From Candidatus Multivoradales bacterium (GTDB lineage Bacteria; Acidobacteriota; Thermoanaerobaculia; Multivoradales; JAHEKO01), in assembly GCA_965248055.1 (NCBI GenBank), contig CBDFIJ010000004.1, forward strand, positions 352,001 to 416,000: a DNA stretch of 64,000 nucleotides. The letters are read 5' to 3'. Of this stretch, positions 28,221 through 38,150 are shown piece by piece (within the stretch, counting starts at the first letter, position 1; each line of letters begins with the position of its first letter). The notes below the pieces were generated by a model, which was given only the letters and a program-made list of their open reading frames with translations, was not told where the DNA came from and searched no databases. Position numbers and translations under genes: made by a program.

Positions 28221-28988
28221 CTACTGATTCCCAGCGATTCGCCGCCAAAGAAAAGACGGCAGATTTCTGAATACCAAAAACAGCACACCCAGAATCGGAG
28301 GAATCCAGATCACCCGGCTAGTCCTCGCGCAGATGATCTTTTCCACCGCCTTGGCGACCGCGCTGGTGTCAGTGGCAAAGGGCGCCGGATCCATACCCTC
28401 GGTCATTTGGGAAGCAACAAAGCCCGGACGCACAATATGCACCAGTACGCCGGTGCCATCAAGAGAGTCTCGCAGTCCTTGGGCAAATGCATCGATCCCG
28501 GCTTTGGCCGAACCGTAGAGGAAGTTCGCCGCCCGAGCACGCGCCCCAGCCACCGACGACAACACGACGATGGATCCGTGACGCTGGCTCCTGAGTACCT
28601 TGGCAGTCTCCAACAAAGCCGTAGCCGGCCCAACATAGTTGGTCGCCATCAGCTTTTCCGCTTGCTCGGGCGCCAATGCGGCCTCGGACTGCGCAGCTAG
28701 AGCGCCGACGGTACACAACACCAAGTCAACGTCGCCCACCAGCGCCTGTGTCTTTTCGATAAGAAGCGCGTGGCCACCAGAGTCAAGGGTATCCCAAGCT
28801 TCGATATGCACATCGACATTCGGCAGCGGCGCGTCTTGAAGACGCTGGGCAACGGCATTGGGATCTCGGACCGCAAGCACGGCAGACTCCAAACCGCGTG
28901 CCGCAAGTCGCTGCAAGATCGCCCAGCCGATGTCGCTATTGCCACCAAGTACCAGCACCGTCCCAGGGCTGCCAAATGCGTTCCTCAT
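28221..28988 (-). CDS. dprE2: DprE2-like SDR (polyprenylphosphoryl-2-keto-pentose reductase)
   Basis: NAFGSPGTVLVLGGNSDIG, SSVAGARARAANFLYGSAKAG and VRPGFV motifs. Translationally coupled to DprE1. Confidence 0.85.
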   Translation of the reverse strand: MRNAFGSPGTVLVLGGNSDIGWAILQRLAARGLESAVLAVRDPNAVAQRLQDAPLPNVDVHIEAWDTLDSGGHALLIEKTQALVGDVDLVLCTVGALAAQSEAALAPEQAEKLMATNYVGPATALLETAKVLRSQRHGSIVVLSSVAGARARAANFLYGSAKAGIDAFAQGLRDSLDGTGVLVHIVRPGFVASQMTEGMDPAPFATDTSAVAKAVEKIICARTSRVIWIPPILGVLFLVFRNLPSFLWRRIAGNQ

Positions 28989-30334
28989 GATCGACCACTC
29001 AAATCCAAGCGACGATCCATGTCGCTGGTGAGCACCAGCTTGGGATCAACGGTTCGACGAATTTGCCGCCACTCTTCCAATCGGGGATACATCTTCTTCA
29101 CATGCTGTCGCCGAAGTCGCGCGTCTTTTGCCAAATAGACCCGCCCGCCAGCATCCACCACTCTTTCATCCAATTGATCGAGAAACGGTGCAACTTCTGG
29201 GATCGCGGGGAGGTCGACGGCGAGTGTCCAGCCCTCCAGAGGAAACGATAGATGGCCTGACCCCTGGGGTCCGAATCGCTTGAGCACTGCCAGGAAACTC
29301 GGAGTGCGGGTCTTGGCGAACTGTTCGACGATTCCACGCAGGGTATCCAAGCTCTCGTTCGGCACCACAAACTGGTACTGAATAAACCCCCGTTCACCGT
29401 AGAGACGATTCCATTCTTGAATTCCATCCAGCGGATGAAAAAAACCGGCTATCGACTCCAAGGTCGAGGTCTCACGGCCCCCAGCACGACGGTACCAAGC
29501 CTGGTTGAAAGCTGTCCCGGTCCAGCGATTGAGCAATCCTTGGGGGGTTACCTTGGGGATGGTCAGCAGAGAACGAGGAGCAAAGTCGAGTGGCTTTTGC
29601 GCTCGGGCCGAGTCGAGTTGGTCTAGCGACGCGTACTCCCCCGAACTCACCACACCCCGACCTACCGCATCGCCGCGCGCAAGCAAATCAATCCAGGCGA
29701 CCACGAAACGGGATTCCTGGTGGGCTATCACCAACCGGTCGAGTAGCTGCTCCAAGTTCTGCGCGCGTTGGTTGTCGACATTCATCCACGCGGTCTCGAT
29801 CGGTTCAAGTTGGATCTCAGCTCGGGTGATAATCCCGGTCAGGCCCATACCTCCGGTGGTGGCGTCAAACAGTTCTTCTCCCGGCAACACCGAAACCGGC
29901 CCGCTCTCAGGGGTTACTAGGTCAATGCTCTTGCAGCAGCCAGAGAATCCGCCGTCGCGGTGGTGATTCTTACCGTGAACGTCGGCAGCGATCGCTCCCC
30001 CGACGGTCACGTAGCGGGTTCCGGGAGTCACCGAAACAAACCATCCTTTGGGCAAGGACCATCGGATCAGCGAATCCAGCGTGGTCTCAGCGCTAACTTG
30101 AATGACGCCCGTGCTTGAGTCCATTTCAAGAGCGGACTCCGTCGAGTTAGCTTGTAGGACCAAACCGCCGGCGTTCTGCGCTGCGTCGCCATAACTGCGA
30201 CCAAGGCCTCGGGCAAGCACTCCCCGGGTGGTTGAATCTTCAAAAGCCTGCAAAGCGGCCGCCGCGTTCAGAGGCGCGACCGTCGACAGCGACCTAGTGG
30301 AACGACCCCATCCGCTGAGTTCGCGCTCGGTCAT
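28985..30334 (-). CDS. dprE1: DprE1-like FAD-dependent polyprenylphosphoryl-ribose oxidase
   Basis: LSGWGR, RGLGRSYGDAAQN, VTPGTRYVTVGGAIAADVHGKNHH, FFHPLD, GFIQYQF and GGRVYLAKD motifs. Confidence 0.9.
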   Translation of the reverse strand: MTERELSGWGRSTRSLSTVAPLNAAAALQAFEDSTTRGVLARGLGRSYGDAAQNAGGLVLQANSTESALEMDSSTGVIQVSAETTLDSLIRWSLPKGWFVSVTPGTRYVTVGGAIAADVHGKNHHRDGGFSGCCKSIDLVTPESGPVSVLPGEELFDATTGGMGLTGIITRAEIQLEPIETAWMNVDNQRAQNLEQLLDRLVIAHQESRFVVAWIDLLARGDAVGRGVVSSGEYASLDQLDSARAQKPLDFAPRSLLTIPKVTPQGLLNRWTGTAFNQAWYRRAGGRETSTLESIAGFFHPLDGIQEWNRLYGERGFIQYQFVVPNESLDTLRGIVEQFAKTRTPSFLAVLKRFGPQGSGHLSFPLEGWTLAVDLPAIPEVAPFLDQLDERVVDAGGRVYLAKDARLRRQHVKKMYPRLEEWRQIRRTVDPKLVLTSDMDRRLDLSGRS

Positions 30335-31221
30335 AGACCAACGCCAACCAAGAACAGGACACACCAAGAGAGCGCAGCGAGCGTGATCACTCGATCTTGA
30401 AACAACAGGGCCTCCGGTGCCTCACCGCGACCATGATCTGCCGCCAGCAGGTACCGCAGCAGAGCTAAGACAAAGGGAACCACGGATAGCGCCAGCCAAG
30501 GGGAACTGGAGGGACGAATCGCCGCCTGTTCGAACGCCCACAGCGAATAGGCGATCAGAGTTCCGCCCGCGGCTATTGTTCTTACTTGCCCCAAAAAAGA
30601 AACTGAATAGGCGGCCAAGACCGATCGAGAATGGCTGCTGCCGCCCCTGGCGAGTTCAGAGCCTCTCTTTCCGGCGATTACAGCGAGTGCGCCAAACGCA
30701 GTCACAGTTAGGAAGTGTGTTGAAATCGGAACCGCCGCAGCGCTCGCCCCCACTCCCGCTCGAATGACAAACCCTGACGCCACCAGCAGCAATTCGACAA
30801 CCGCCACACGCTTCAATCCTGCAGAATAAGCTAGGGAAACAAACAGGTACGTCAGCAGCAGGCCGAAGACACCAGCGTTGATCGACCAACCTAGCCACAG
30901 GCCCACAATCGTGAGAACAGCCGCGGCGGTCAACGCTAGCCCAATTGAGATCTGTCTAGCCGCGATCGGGCGGAAACGTTTCTTGGGGTGTACCCGGTCA
31001 GCCTCGACATCCGCAACGTCATTGGCGAGATAGACAGCACTTGCAATGGCACAGAACGCTCCAAAGGAAATACCGACTCGCCCGGCTATGTTCGGATCCA
31101 GTATTGATCCAGCGGCCGTCGGTGCGGCAAAAACCAGGGCGTTCTTAATCCAATGAAGCGGTCGCAAAGCACCTACAAATGCGGCAAGCCTTCCCAAGAA
31201 TGTCGCGTCGGATTGACTCAT
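30331..31221 (-). CDS. Polyprenyl-phosphate phosphoribosyltransferase (UbiA family)
   Basis: LRPLHWIKN, YLANDVADVEADRVHPKKRFRPIA, YSAGLK, KRGSEL and GEAPE motifs. Confidence 0.9.
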   Translation of the reverse strand: MSQSDATFLGRLAAFVGALRPLHWIKNALVFAAPTAAGSILDPNIAGRVGISFGAFCAIASAVYLANDVADVEADRVHPKKRFRPIAARQISIGLALTAAAVLTIVGLWLGWSINAGVFGLLLTYLFVSLAYSAGLKRVAVVELLLVASGFVIRAGVGASAAAVPISTHFLTVTAFGALAVIAGKRGSELARGGSSHSRSVLAAYSVSFLGQVRTIAAGGTLIAYSLWAFEQAAIRPSSSPWLALSVVPFVLALLRYLLAADHGRGEAPEALLFQDRVITLAALSWCVLFLVGVGL

Positions 31222-31399
31222 CGTTTCTCAGCTGCACACCCTGAGGCGCTTTTCAACAATAGTAAAGGAATGTGGCAGGTTGTCATGTTCTTTGCGTTCA
31301 ACGTCATGAGTCACGAACCTGCAACAAGCTTGTGCAGTGGGGGGTGCCCCACGATGCTGAGTTGTCGCGCACGATCCACAATTCGCAATAATTTGTTCC

Positions 31400-33496
31400 C
31401 TACTTCACGCCCTTAATCGGCGACGACCAAGCACGCGCGGTCCTGCTCTGGCCATTGTCCTTCAGCTCAGCGCGGAGGTACAGGACTTGTCCATTTTCTG
31501 GCTTGAACTGTGCGGTACGCGCTTTCAGCATCCGCCCTGGATCATTCCATCGTTTTAGGACTTGCCACCCTTGATGCCGCCGATAACTCATAACTTCAAC
31601 AAAGGTAATCTCGCGGGGAGCTACGACAAGCACTTCTGCCACCACCCTTGGCTTGGCCGACGACACGCTTAAGCGCGCCCCCATCTCGACTCCTCCCACG
31701 GTGAAGTCCAAAATAATTCTCTCGCCTGTTGTGCCATATGAGCGTCGCGCTCGAAGCGAATTGAATACATCTTCACGAGTAAGGTCCGATCCCATTATTG
31801 CGGTTAGACCGGTGTGGGGCCGCCCCGGATGGGCCACATGGTTGTCGCTCCCCGCCACCACTCCGAGGTGATTCCCAGCCGCCCACGCGTCGCGAGCATA
31901 GTGTGGTCCCGCTTCGCTAACGGCACCACTGAATCTCACATTTTCATAAGACAGCGGGTCATCTGGAGAATAGTGTTCGGAACTTCCATGGCTTGAATAG
32001 ATTTCGATTGCAGGGGTGCGGCGGTCTCGCCTCTTTAGTACCTTCCAATCGTGGGCTTGACTCTTAGCCGCTGGCCGAATCAGCTCTCCCAATGGGTGCA
32101 AGCCAGGACCATCAATAGAAATGTCCGTATGGGCTGGGCGTTTGCCTGTATGGTGTGGGATGGTCAATGCCTCACCCGCTTCGATCTTGCTCCACAAGGT
32201 TCGCACGTTCTCAACTGCATGAGTCGGCCACGGGACACCGTCCAGTGATCTGAAATACACATTGTGGTGTCCACCCCGCAAGCTGCACTCATAACCAAGT
32301 AGTGTCACGAAGTCGCCTGGCGCATGGAAGTCCTGAACAGTTTGGCGAAGGTGCAACCATTCCTCTGGTGTAACCCCGTCTCGTGTGTAGTGTCGAGGTC
32401 TCGGGTCGTCATCGGCATGTTCAGTCGAAGCGTAGAAGTCGAGATGGGAGATATCTCTGGCATAGGCGAAATCACCCTTACCAATCCCATCTTTGCTAAT
32501 GCGGGAATGACTGTGTAGGTCACCCCAATAGATTTGCTTTGCGCGCCGCTCATTGCTAACCCAAATCGGATTGCCCTCGACAACCGTCGATTCTTCCCCA
32601 GCTCCTCCAATCGGTTTCGCTAGCACCAAGTGAGGCCAATAGAAACCGGCCTCTTTGGGCTTCCACACTGTCGTCCCTTGCCCACCCCTTAGTCGAATGG
32701 TGAGTACCTTGTCGACCCCGCCTACTTTCGCGGTTCCCCGGTAAGAGGAGGCGACATTGTCAAACCGATCGAGAGCAGTAGCGTGGAGTTCAATAGCCTC
32801 TCCAACCTGGGTGTTCGTCCGCGTCGTCAATCTGAGGGTCTCAGCTCGTCCAGGCTGAATTTCGTAGCCCGCTCGATGCAGTTTCCAGGAACCAGCACCA
32901 GCATCGATCGCGACCAATATTTCGTCACTCCCGGCGATGTATGGAGCCGTAGTCTGCAACAAAGAGACCGAAATACGACTTCCTCGCGAAAGGAGTTCTA
33001 CCGCTCGAATCTCAAACAGGTTTCTGAATCGCTCATGCTTGCCATTCAAACCAAACTGATCCCAACTCAACATCAGCTTGGCAGCTGGTTCCACCGCCAC
33101 ATAGTGCGGTAAATTCGAGTCGTCTGATTGCAGCGGCTTGTTGCGCGGCCACGGGTGGGGAAACCAGGATTTTGGAAACTCCACCAGAACTCGTCCGTCG
33201 ACGCCAAGTCCATCGCTAAGCTTGATGTTCAGTGAATAGTCACCAACTGCAGCAACAACCGCGGTCTTGGGACTGATGTAGACCCGCCCCCGCGGCGCAG
33301 CATCAAACGCCTCAACGACCGGATCTAGGTTGCGAATTCCGTGAAAATTTGAAGTCAGTGCGGGCGGAGGAGGTTCGCTTTGCCCACACCCCCACACCAA
33401 GGCACACACCGCTAGCTGAACCAGCTTTTTCGTGAAACGCCTTGTGGCAGGTTGTTGAAAATTCCTATGCACGTTCCCTTTTCCGCGATCGCTCAC
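31400..33496 (-). CDS. DUF3604/CehA-McbA-like PHP-fold metallohydrolase lipoprotein
   Basis: Lipobox VWG-C, YWGDLHSHS, STEH, GYE, GHHNV, IPHH, EIYSSHG, GSDNH and YGTTG motifs. Confidence 0.85.
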   Translation of the reverse strand: MSDRGKGNVHRNFQQPATRRFTKKLVQLAVCALVWGCGQSEPPPPALTSNFHGIRNLDPVVEAFDAAPRGRVYISPKTAVVAAVGDYSLNIKLSDGLGVDGRVLVEFPKSWFPHPWPRNKPLQSDDSNLPHYVAVEPAAKLMLSWDQFGLNGKHERFRNLFEIRAVELLSRGSRISVSLLQTTAPYIAGSDEILVAIDAGAGSWKLHRAGYEIQPGRAETLRLTTRTNTQVGEAIELHATALDRFDNVASSYRGTAKVGGVDKVLTIRLRGGQGTTVWKPKEAGFYWPHLVLAKPIGGAGEESTVVEGNPIWVSNERRAKQIYWGDLHSHSRISKDGIGKGDFAYARDISHLDFYASTEHADDDPRPRHYTRDGVTPEEWLHLRQTVQDFHAPGDFVTLLGYECSLRGGHHNVYFRSLDGVPWPTHAVENVRTLWSKIEAGEALTIPHHTGKRPAHTDISIDGPGLHPLGELIRPAAKSQAHDWKVLKRRDRRTPAIEIYSSHGSSEHYSPDDPLSYENVRFSGAVSEAGPHYARDAWAAGNHLGVVAGSDNHVAHPGRPHTGLTAIMGSDLTREDVFNSLRARRSYGTTGERIILDFTVGGVEMGARLSVSSAKPRVVAEVLVVAPREITFVEVMSYRRHQGWQVLKRWNDPGRMLKARTAQFKPENGQVLYLRAELKDNGQSRTARAWSSPIKGVK

Positions 33497-33579
33497 AACC
33501 TAACATTTTGACTCTCGAGAGTGGTCGGAGTTGCTGTTAGATTTCGATCTAAAGTTTATCGTCACCTGATCCCACTGAA

Positions 33580-35214
33580 CTACCCGGAGCAGGTAGTCCG
33601 AAACGCGACGCGATCAGGGTGGCGCCTGCAGTAGCTCTCCAAGACCACCGAGCCGTCTTCTAATTCCTCAACCCAAAGAAGCCTGCGCATCGGGCCCGAT
33701 CTATGAAAGTTTCGTATCTGGACACGAACGCTCGGGCGGCGGCACCGTTTCCTCGGCCCGAAGGCCTCGAGCGCGGTGTCTCGATAGTGGCGCGACGGAC
33801 CGCCGCCATCTCGGTAGGCCCAGAGCCGTTCTGACAAGCCCTTAGGGAATTCCTGCGACAATCGAGCTGTCAGTTCCCATTGGCTTGCTGGCCCAAGACT
33901 ACGAACCACAGAAGGTATCACCGCCACCGTGATCTGCTCTGAGGCTGCAACGGTACTCTCAAGACACGCTCCCAGCCTTCTAACCCGGTTTGCTTCTTCA
34001 ACTCCGCGCTGGACGTCAGCGACCGCTGTTGCTCCCGCCGTGAAACCCAGCACGGCAAACGCCAACCAACGCAACTGAGATACCGGTACGCGCAGGACAA
34101 GGTAAACCACAAGAGCCGCAAGAATTGGTAGTGCTGGTAGACCAAATCGTGAGGCCATTCCGTCTTCTGGATTCCAGGGAAACTCTCCAGCGACAACCGC
34201 TGGCACCAACGCAGCAACAACGCCAAGCACAAGCGCTAATCCGGTCGACCACCTATGTTGCCCGGAGAGATCCGCAGACCCGACACGATATGTACCCCAA
34301 GCAGCCAACAATCCCACCAGAGCCCCAAACAAAATCGCGACAGTTAGGCCGGTCTCAGCCTGCAACAACCTAGTGGCCGCGCTCACAAAGCCCCCCACCA
34401 ACCCCTGGTAGAGGGCTCGCGGAAGAACAGACACTGTCCCGTCAAATGCCTTCTGCAGGTCGAGAAAACGATCAGGATTGAGCAACTGTCTCGCTTCAGC
34501 CGAATCAAAGTCCGCGATTCTCAAGTAGATCCAATAAACACCGAGGGCGGTGGCCGCAACACTGCTCGCAGCGATCAGGACTCTCTTTCGTGTTTCCCCA
34601 TCTCTAAACCGCTGCCATTGATGCAGCGCTAGCACGGTACCTCCTGCTGCCACTGCGACCGCATACTCCTGCATCAATACACCCATTGCGATCATGCTTA
34701 GGCCCAAGAACAGCACGAGGTACGCACGCAAGCCAGATGACTCGATAAACCGCAAAACCAAGAGAACGCCCCCATAGCCGAGAACGACCGATATCAACGA
34801 GGCCAGGGCTATGTTCGCGGTCACCATTTGCACGTGGGTGACAAACGGCGCAACGGTCAAGAGCGCCACTACGCCAGCGTATTGGCTGGTCGCCGGGAAC
34901 AAGCGGCGCCAAAAAAGAGCGGCTTGCAGCGCCAGTACCGGCCACAGGATCAATTGAGCAAGAAACGCGTTTCTCCAGAAACCATCAAGGGTCGGCGCGA
35001 GTAGCCGCCAAAACCAAACCGTGATCGCCCTCTCTGGATGGCTCGGCAAAATGGCGTCGAGCCCGTCTTCCTCAAGAAGAAGCCAAAGCCAGCCATCGTC
35101 CCAGATGGGAAAGAGCTTGCGGGCCCCAAAAGAGAAAATCGCACATACAGCAAGAACCGCCACTACAGAAGAGCCCAACCGGATCCGCGGAACCCATGTT
35201 GAAGAATACGTCAT
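33580..35214 (-). CDS. Polytopic membrane protein, putative GT-C glycosyltransferase
   Basis: About 12 TM helices, an acidic WDDG motif in the first external loop and a C-terminal soluble domain. The GT-C call is inference from topology and context. Confidence 0.55.
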   Translation of the reverse strand: MTYSSTWVPRIRLGSSVVAVLAVCAIFSFGARKLFPIWDDGWLWLLLEEDGLDAILPSHPERAITVWFWRLLAPTLDGFWRNAFLAQLILWPVLALQAALFWRRLFPATSQYAGVVALLTVAPFVTHVQMVTANIALASLISVVLGYGGVLLVLRFIESSGLRAYLVLFLGLSMIAMGVLMQEYAVAVAAGGTVLALHQWQRFRDGETRKRVLIAASSVAATALGVYWIYLRIADFDSAEARQLLNPDRFLDLQKAFDGTVSVLPRALYQGLVGGFVSAATRLLQAETGLTVAILFGALVGLLAAWGTYRVGSADLSGQHRWSTGLALVLGVVAALVPAVVAGEFPWNPEDGMASRFGLPALPILAALVVYLVLRVPVSQLRWLAFAVLGFTAGATAVADVQRGVEEANRVRRLGACLESTVAASEQITVAVIPSVVRSLGPASQWELTARLSQEFPKGLSERLWAYRDGGGPSRHYRDTALEAFGPRKRCRRPSVRVQIRNFHRSGPMRRLLWVEELEDGSVVLESYCRRHPDRVAFRTTCSG

Positions 35215-35326
35215 TCAAGAAAAGACCCAATTGGTCGATTCTGAGATCTTACTCGAGTGCAACAGAAGCTTGATTGTCACGCCCGTGGAGCGGCGCTCAG
35301 TCAGCAGTCCGTGTTGTAAGCTTAAC

Positions 35327-37822
35327 CTACTGGATGTATCCGAGAGCCTGCAGTTGTTCCAACTGATCCGGACTCAATATCGCGTCTTCCCCGGCATGAA
35401 ACTGGGTGGCTAGGGAGCGATGGGCGCGCCATTGTTCGCGCAGAATTCCTCGATATTTGGCGACCAGATCGGGGTGTTCATCGTTGACCGCCTTGGTGGC
35501 GAATGGGTCGGCTTCAAGATCGTACAACAGCAGGCGCGGAGCCTCGGGGAAATACGGATGCACCGCTCCCCAACGGCCTCCGGCAGGAACCGCGTGGCGA
35601 CCGAGACTGGTATCGCCACCCTCTGCCGTCGGTGCGATCTCCAGCGATGCCCCCCATTTGCCATCGATGATTTCGAGGTTGCCAATCATTTCTCCGGTTG
35701 CCTCATCAACGCGAAACTCGTCCAAGATCACAGGACGAACGTCCATCTCTTCGCCGCGCAGCAACGGGGCCAACGATTGGCCTTGGACCACCGCTGGATG
35801 GGGCAAGCCGACCAGGTCGATCAGCGTCGGCAGAACATCGATCATCGAAACTGGGGTATCAATCACCCGTCCACCCTCGATGGTGCCCGGCCAGGCGATG
35901 AGAAACGGAATCCGGGTGGCATAGGCGTCGAACAAGGCACCCTCCCATTGTGGCGGCTGAGGGTCCATTAAGCCGCGGCCGAATCGAGCGAAGGTCCCCG
36001 CTGGATGCCCGTGATCGGAGCCAATCACTAGAATGGTGTTCTGCCACTCGCCCCTGGCTTTGAGCTCACCGACGAACTGCTCCAAGGTGTGGTCTTGATG
36101 CAACATGGTTTCGTCGTAGAGCCCTTTGCGGGTACCAAAATACCCGGCACGCGGGATGTTGGCTTTGGCGATCGCCTGCTCATAAAAATCAACGATGCTG
36201 GTTTGACCGAACTGCGAAAACGAGGCACGCCACAGCGCGTTCTCCCACCGACCCAACTGTTCAACCTCGGCCTGCGAGACGAAGCTACCTTTGAACGGCG
36301 GCTCAGGGTGGTTCGGCTCGTGGACATCGGTGGTTTGGAAATGAGTCCAAGTCGGACCTCCAGGATACTGCTCGCGAAAGTTCCAGAATTCCTCATGCAG
36401 CACGGTCGAGGAGGTTGAGTGATTCTCCGTTTCCCCATCCCGCATCAGGTCCACGCCCTTGTTGGTACCGACCATCCTGCCGGCATTCGGGTTGGCGATA
36501 AACGAGGAGGTTTGGTAACCGCCGTTGCGGAAATGCTCGGCCATGGTGGTTGCTTGCGGCGGAACGCCGGTGGAATGCACCCCACGACTCAAGCCCCCAA
36601 GTACGCTGTGGTGCAGTGAAGTCATGAATGAGACGGTCGAAGGCTGAGTCCAGGTAGCGTTGGAGTGGGCGCGTGTAAACACCACCGATTCAGCGGCCAA
36701 CTGTTCCAGAAAAGGAGTGGTGGGACGATCGTAGCCAAACAGACTCATCAAGTCGGCGTCGCCACCATCGATTACGTAGAAGATGACGTTGGGCCGAGCG
36801 TCGACGATGGTCGCGTGCGACACCAAGGGGGTACCCCACAGAGCTACCGCGCCCGGGTCAGTGCTCTCCGCTTCTAGGACTAGGTGACTGGCTCCAACCA
36901 CCGACGACAGGTCGATCGATTCCTGTTGCCATGCATTGGCATACTCGACGGTCGCCTCTAACAGGGTCGAAGTGGTGTCGCCTTTGACCGCGCTCACCCG
37001 ATAAGTCACGGATTGGCCGCGATTGACCGAAAGCCCAACATCAAACCGATCGCCCTCGCCAATCTCGACTGGATAGCGAATTTTGGCTGGCGTGTGGGCG
37101 TAAAGTGCCATCCGATGCTCATCGTCGCGAGAAACCGAGGTTTGACCAGTCGCGTCTGGGTAACCCGCCCCCCTCGGCACCAGCGTGACTTCGAGAATTT
37201 CCAGAGATGCCGCTGACGGTGCTGCCAGCATCACTCCCAAACTGCGAATCGTGGCCGGTGCCTCAGCGCCCTCCCTGGGGAGCAACGGAATCGCGTAGGT
37301 CTGGGTGGACCCATCATTGAAGATCGGAGGCGCCCGGTCGGGTGAAGCAAAGAAGTGCATACCAGGAGGTAGGGAGTCCTCTTCGTCCAGGTTGTAAGCC
37401 ACCGTCACTCCAGCGAATCGATCACTCGATCGAGCCTTGACCAACACCGTCTCCCAGGCATCAAACGACAGATCGTCGAGATCGGTGTAAATACCGGCAA
37501 TGAACAACGGAAAGTTGGGGATCGGTGGCCGGTCAAGAGACAACCGCAGCCCATCACTCACCAGGCTGACATCGAGAGTCCCAAGATGAGGCACCTGCGC
37601 TCCAGACATGTGGCGCCACTGCTCCGGTGCATCCTCTAGACGCCAAACAATCGGCTCCAGACTCTGGGCAGCCGCACTTTCTACTTCAGCGCCACCCATA
37701 TCTGCCAAATGACGCAACGACGCTGGTCCTCGGTCGGCTTCAGGTTCTGTTTGCTGACAACCCACCACGACCACAAGCGCCATCCACGAAGCGAGAACGT
37801 TATTCAGTAAAGGTTTCTTCAT
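35327..37822 (-). CDS. Sulfatase-like (alkaline phosphatase superfamily) lipoprotein
   Basis: Lipobox VVG-C, PNVIFYVID, TTPFLEQLA, ATWTQPS, SDHG, IDVLPTL, LYDLEADP and QLQALGY motifs. Confidence 0.85.
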   Translation of the reverse strand: MKKPLLNNVLASWMALVVVVGCQQTEPEADRGPASLRHLADMGGAEVESAAAQSLEPIVWRLEDAPEQWRHMSGAQVPHLGTLDVSLVSDGLRLSLDRPPIPNFPLFIAGIYTDLDDLSFDAWETVLVKARSSDRFAGVTVAYNLDEEDSLPPGMHFFASPDRAPPIFNDGSTQTYAIPLLPREGAEAPATIRSLGVMLAAPSAASLEILEVTLVPRGAGYPDATGQTSVSRDDEHRMALYAHTPAKIRYPVEIGEGDRFDVGLSVNRGQSVTYRVSAVKGDTTSTLLEATVEYANAWQQESIDLSSVVGASHLVLEAESTDPGAVALWGTPLVSHATIVDARPNVIFYVIDGGDADLMSLFGYDRPTTPFLEQLAAESVVFTRAHSNATWTQPSTVSFMTSLHHSVLGGLSRGVHSTGVPPQATTMAEHFRNGGYQTSSFIANPNAGRMVGTNKGVDLMRDGETENHSTSSTVLHEEFWNFREQYPGGPTWTHFQTTDVHEPNHPEPPFKGSFVSQAEVEQLGRWENALWRASFSQFGQTSIVDFYEQAIAKANIPRAGYFGTRKGLYDETMLHQDHTLEQFVGELKARGEWQNTILVIGSDHGHPAGTFARFGRGLMDPQPPQWEGALFDAYATRIPFLIAWPGTIEGGRVIDTPVSMIDVLPTLIDLVGLPHPAVVQGQSLAPLLRGEEMDVRPVILDEFRVDEATGEMIGNLEIIDGKWGASLEIAPTAEGGDTSLGRHAVPAGGRWGAVHPYFPEAPRLLLYDLEADPFATKAVNDEHPDLVAKYRGILREQWRAHRSLATQFHAGEDAILSPDQLEQLQALGYIQ

Positions 37823-38150
37823 GGCGTCTCTTTGTCAGATCGGGTCGTTGGTTACCAATCACGACCGGAGCGAACTCGGCCCGATTGTGGAGTCAACGAA
37901 AAATCGCGCCAGTTTACCGTGCCGCGAGAACCGACACTAGCAACCAGCAGCGATCACCACCAGCTAATCGGGAAACGGAGCAAGGCCAAACGCAGGCAAA
38001 TGAGATAGCACAGCGTTGACGAACTCAGCTTCCAGATCTGTCAAGCGAAAACCCGTTAGATGACCATCGCCCAAATGGCAACGGCGCGGCCAACGTAGAC
38101 CAGAATCCGGACCACTATAATCAATCCAACAACTGACGAAGGAGTCACAC

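Noticed and set aside
27756-28700. 314-aa plus-strand ORF
   Set aside because: It is antisense to dprE2 and the VOC gene, and has no motif.
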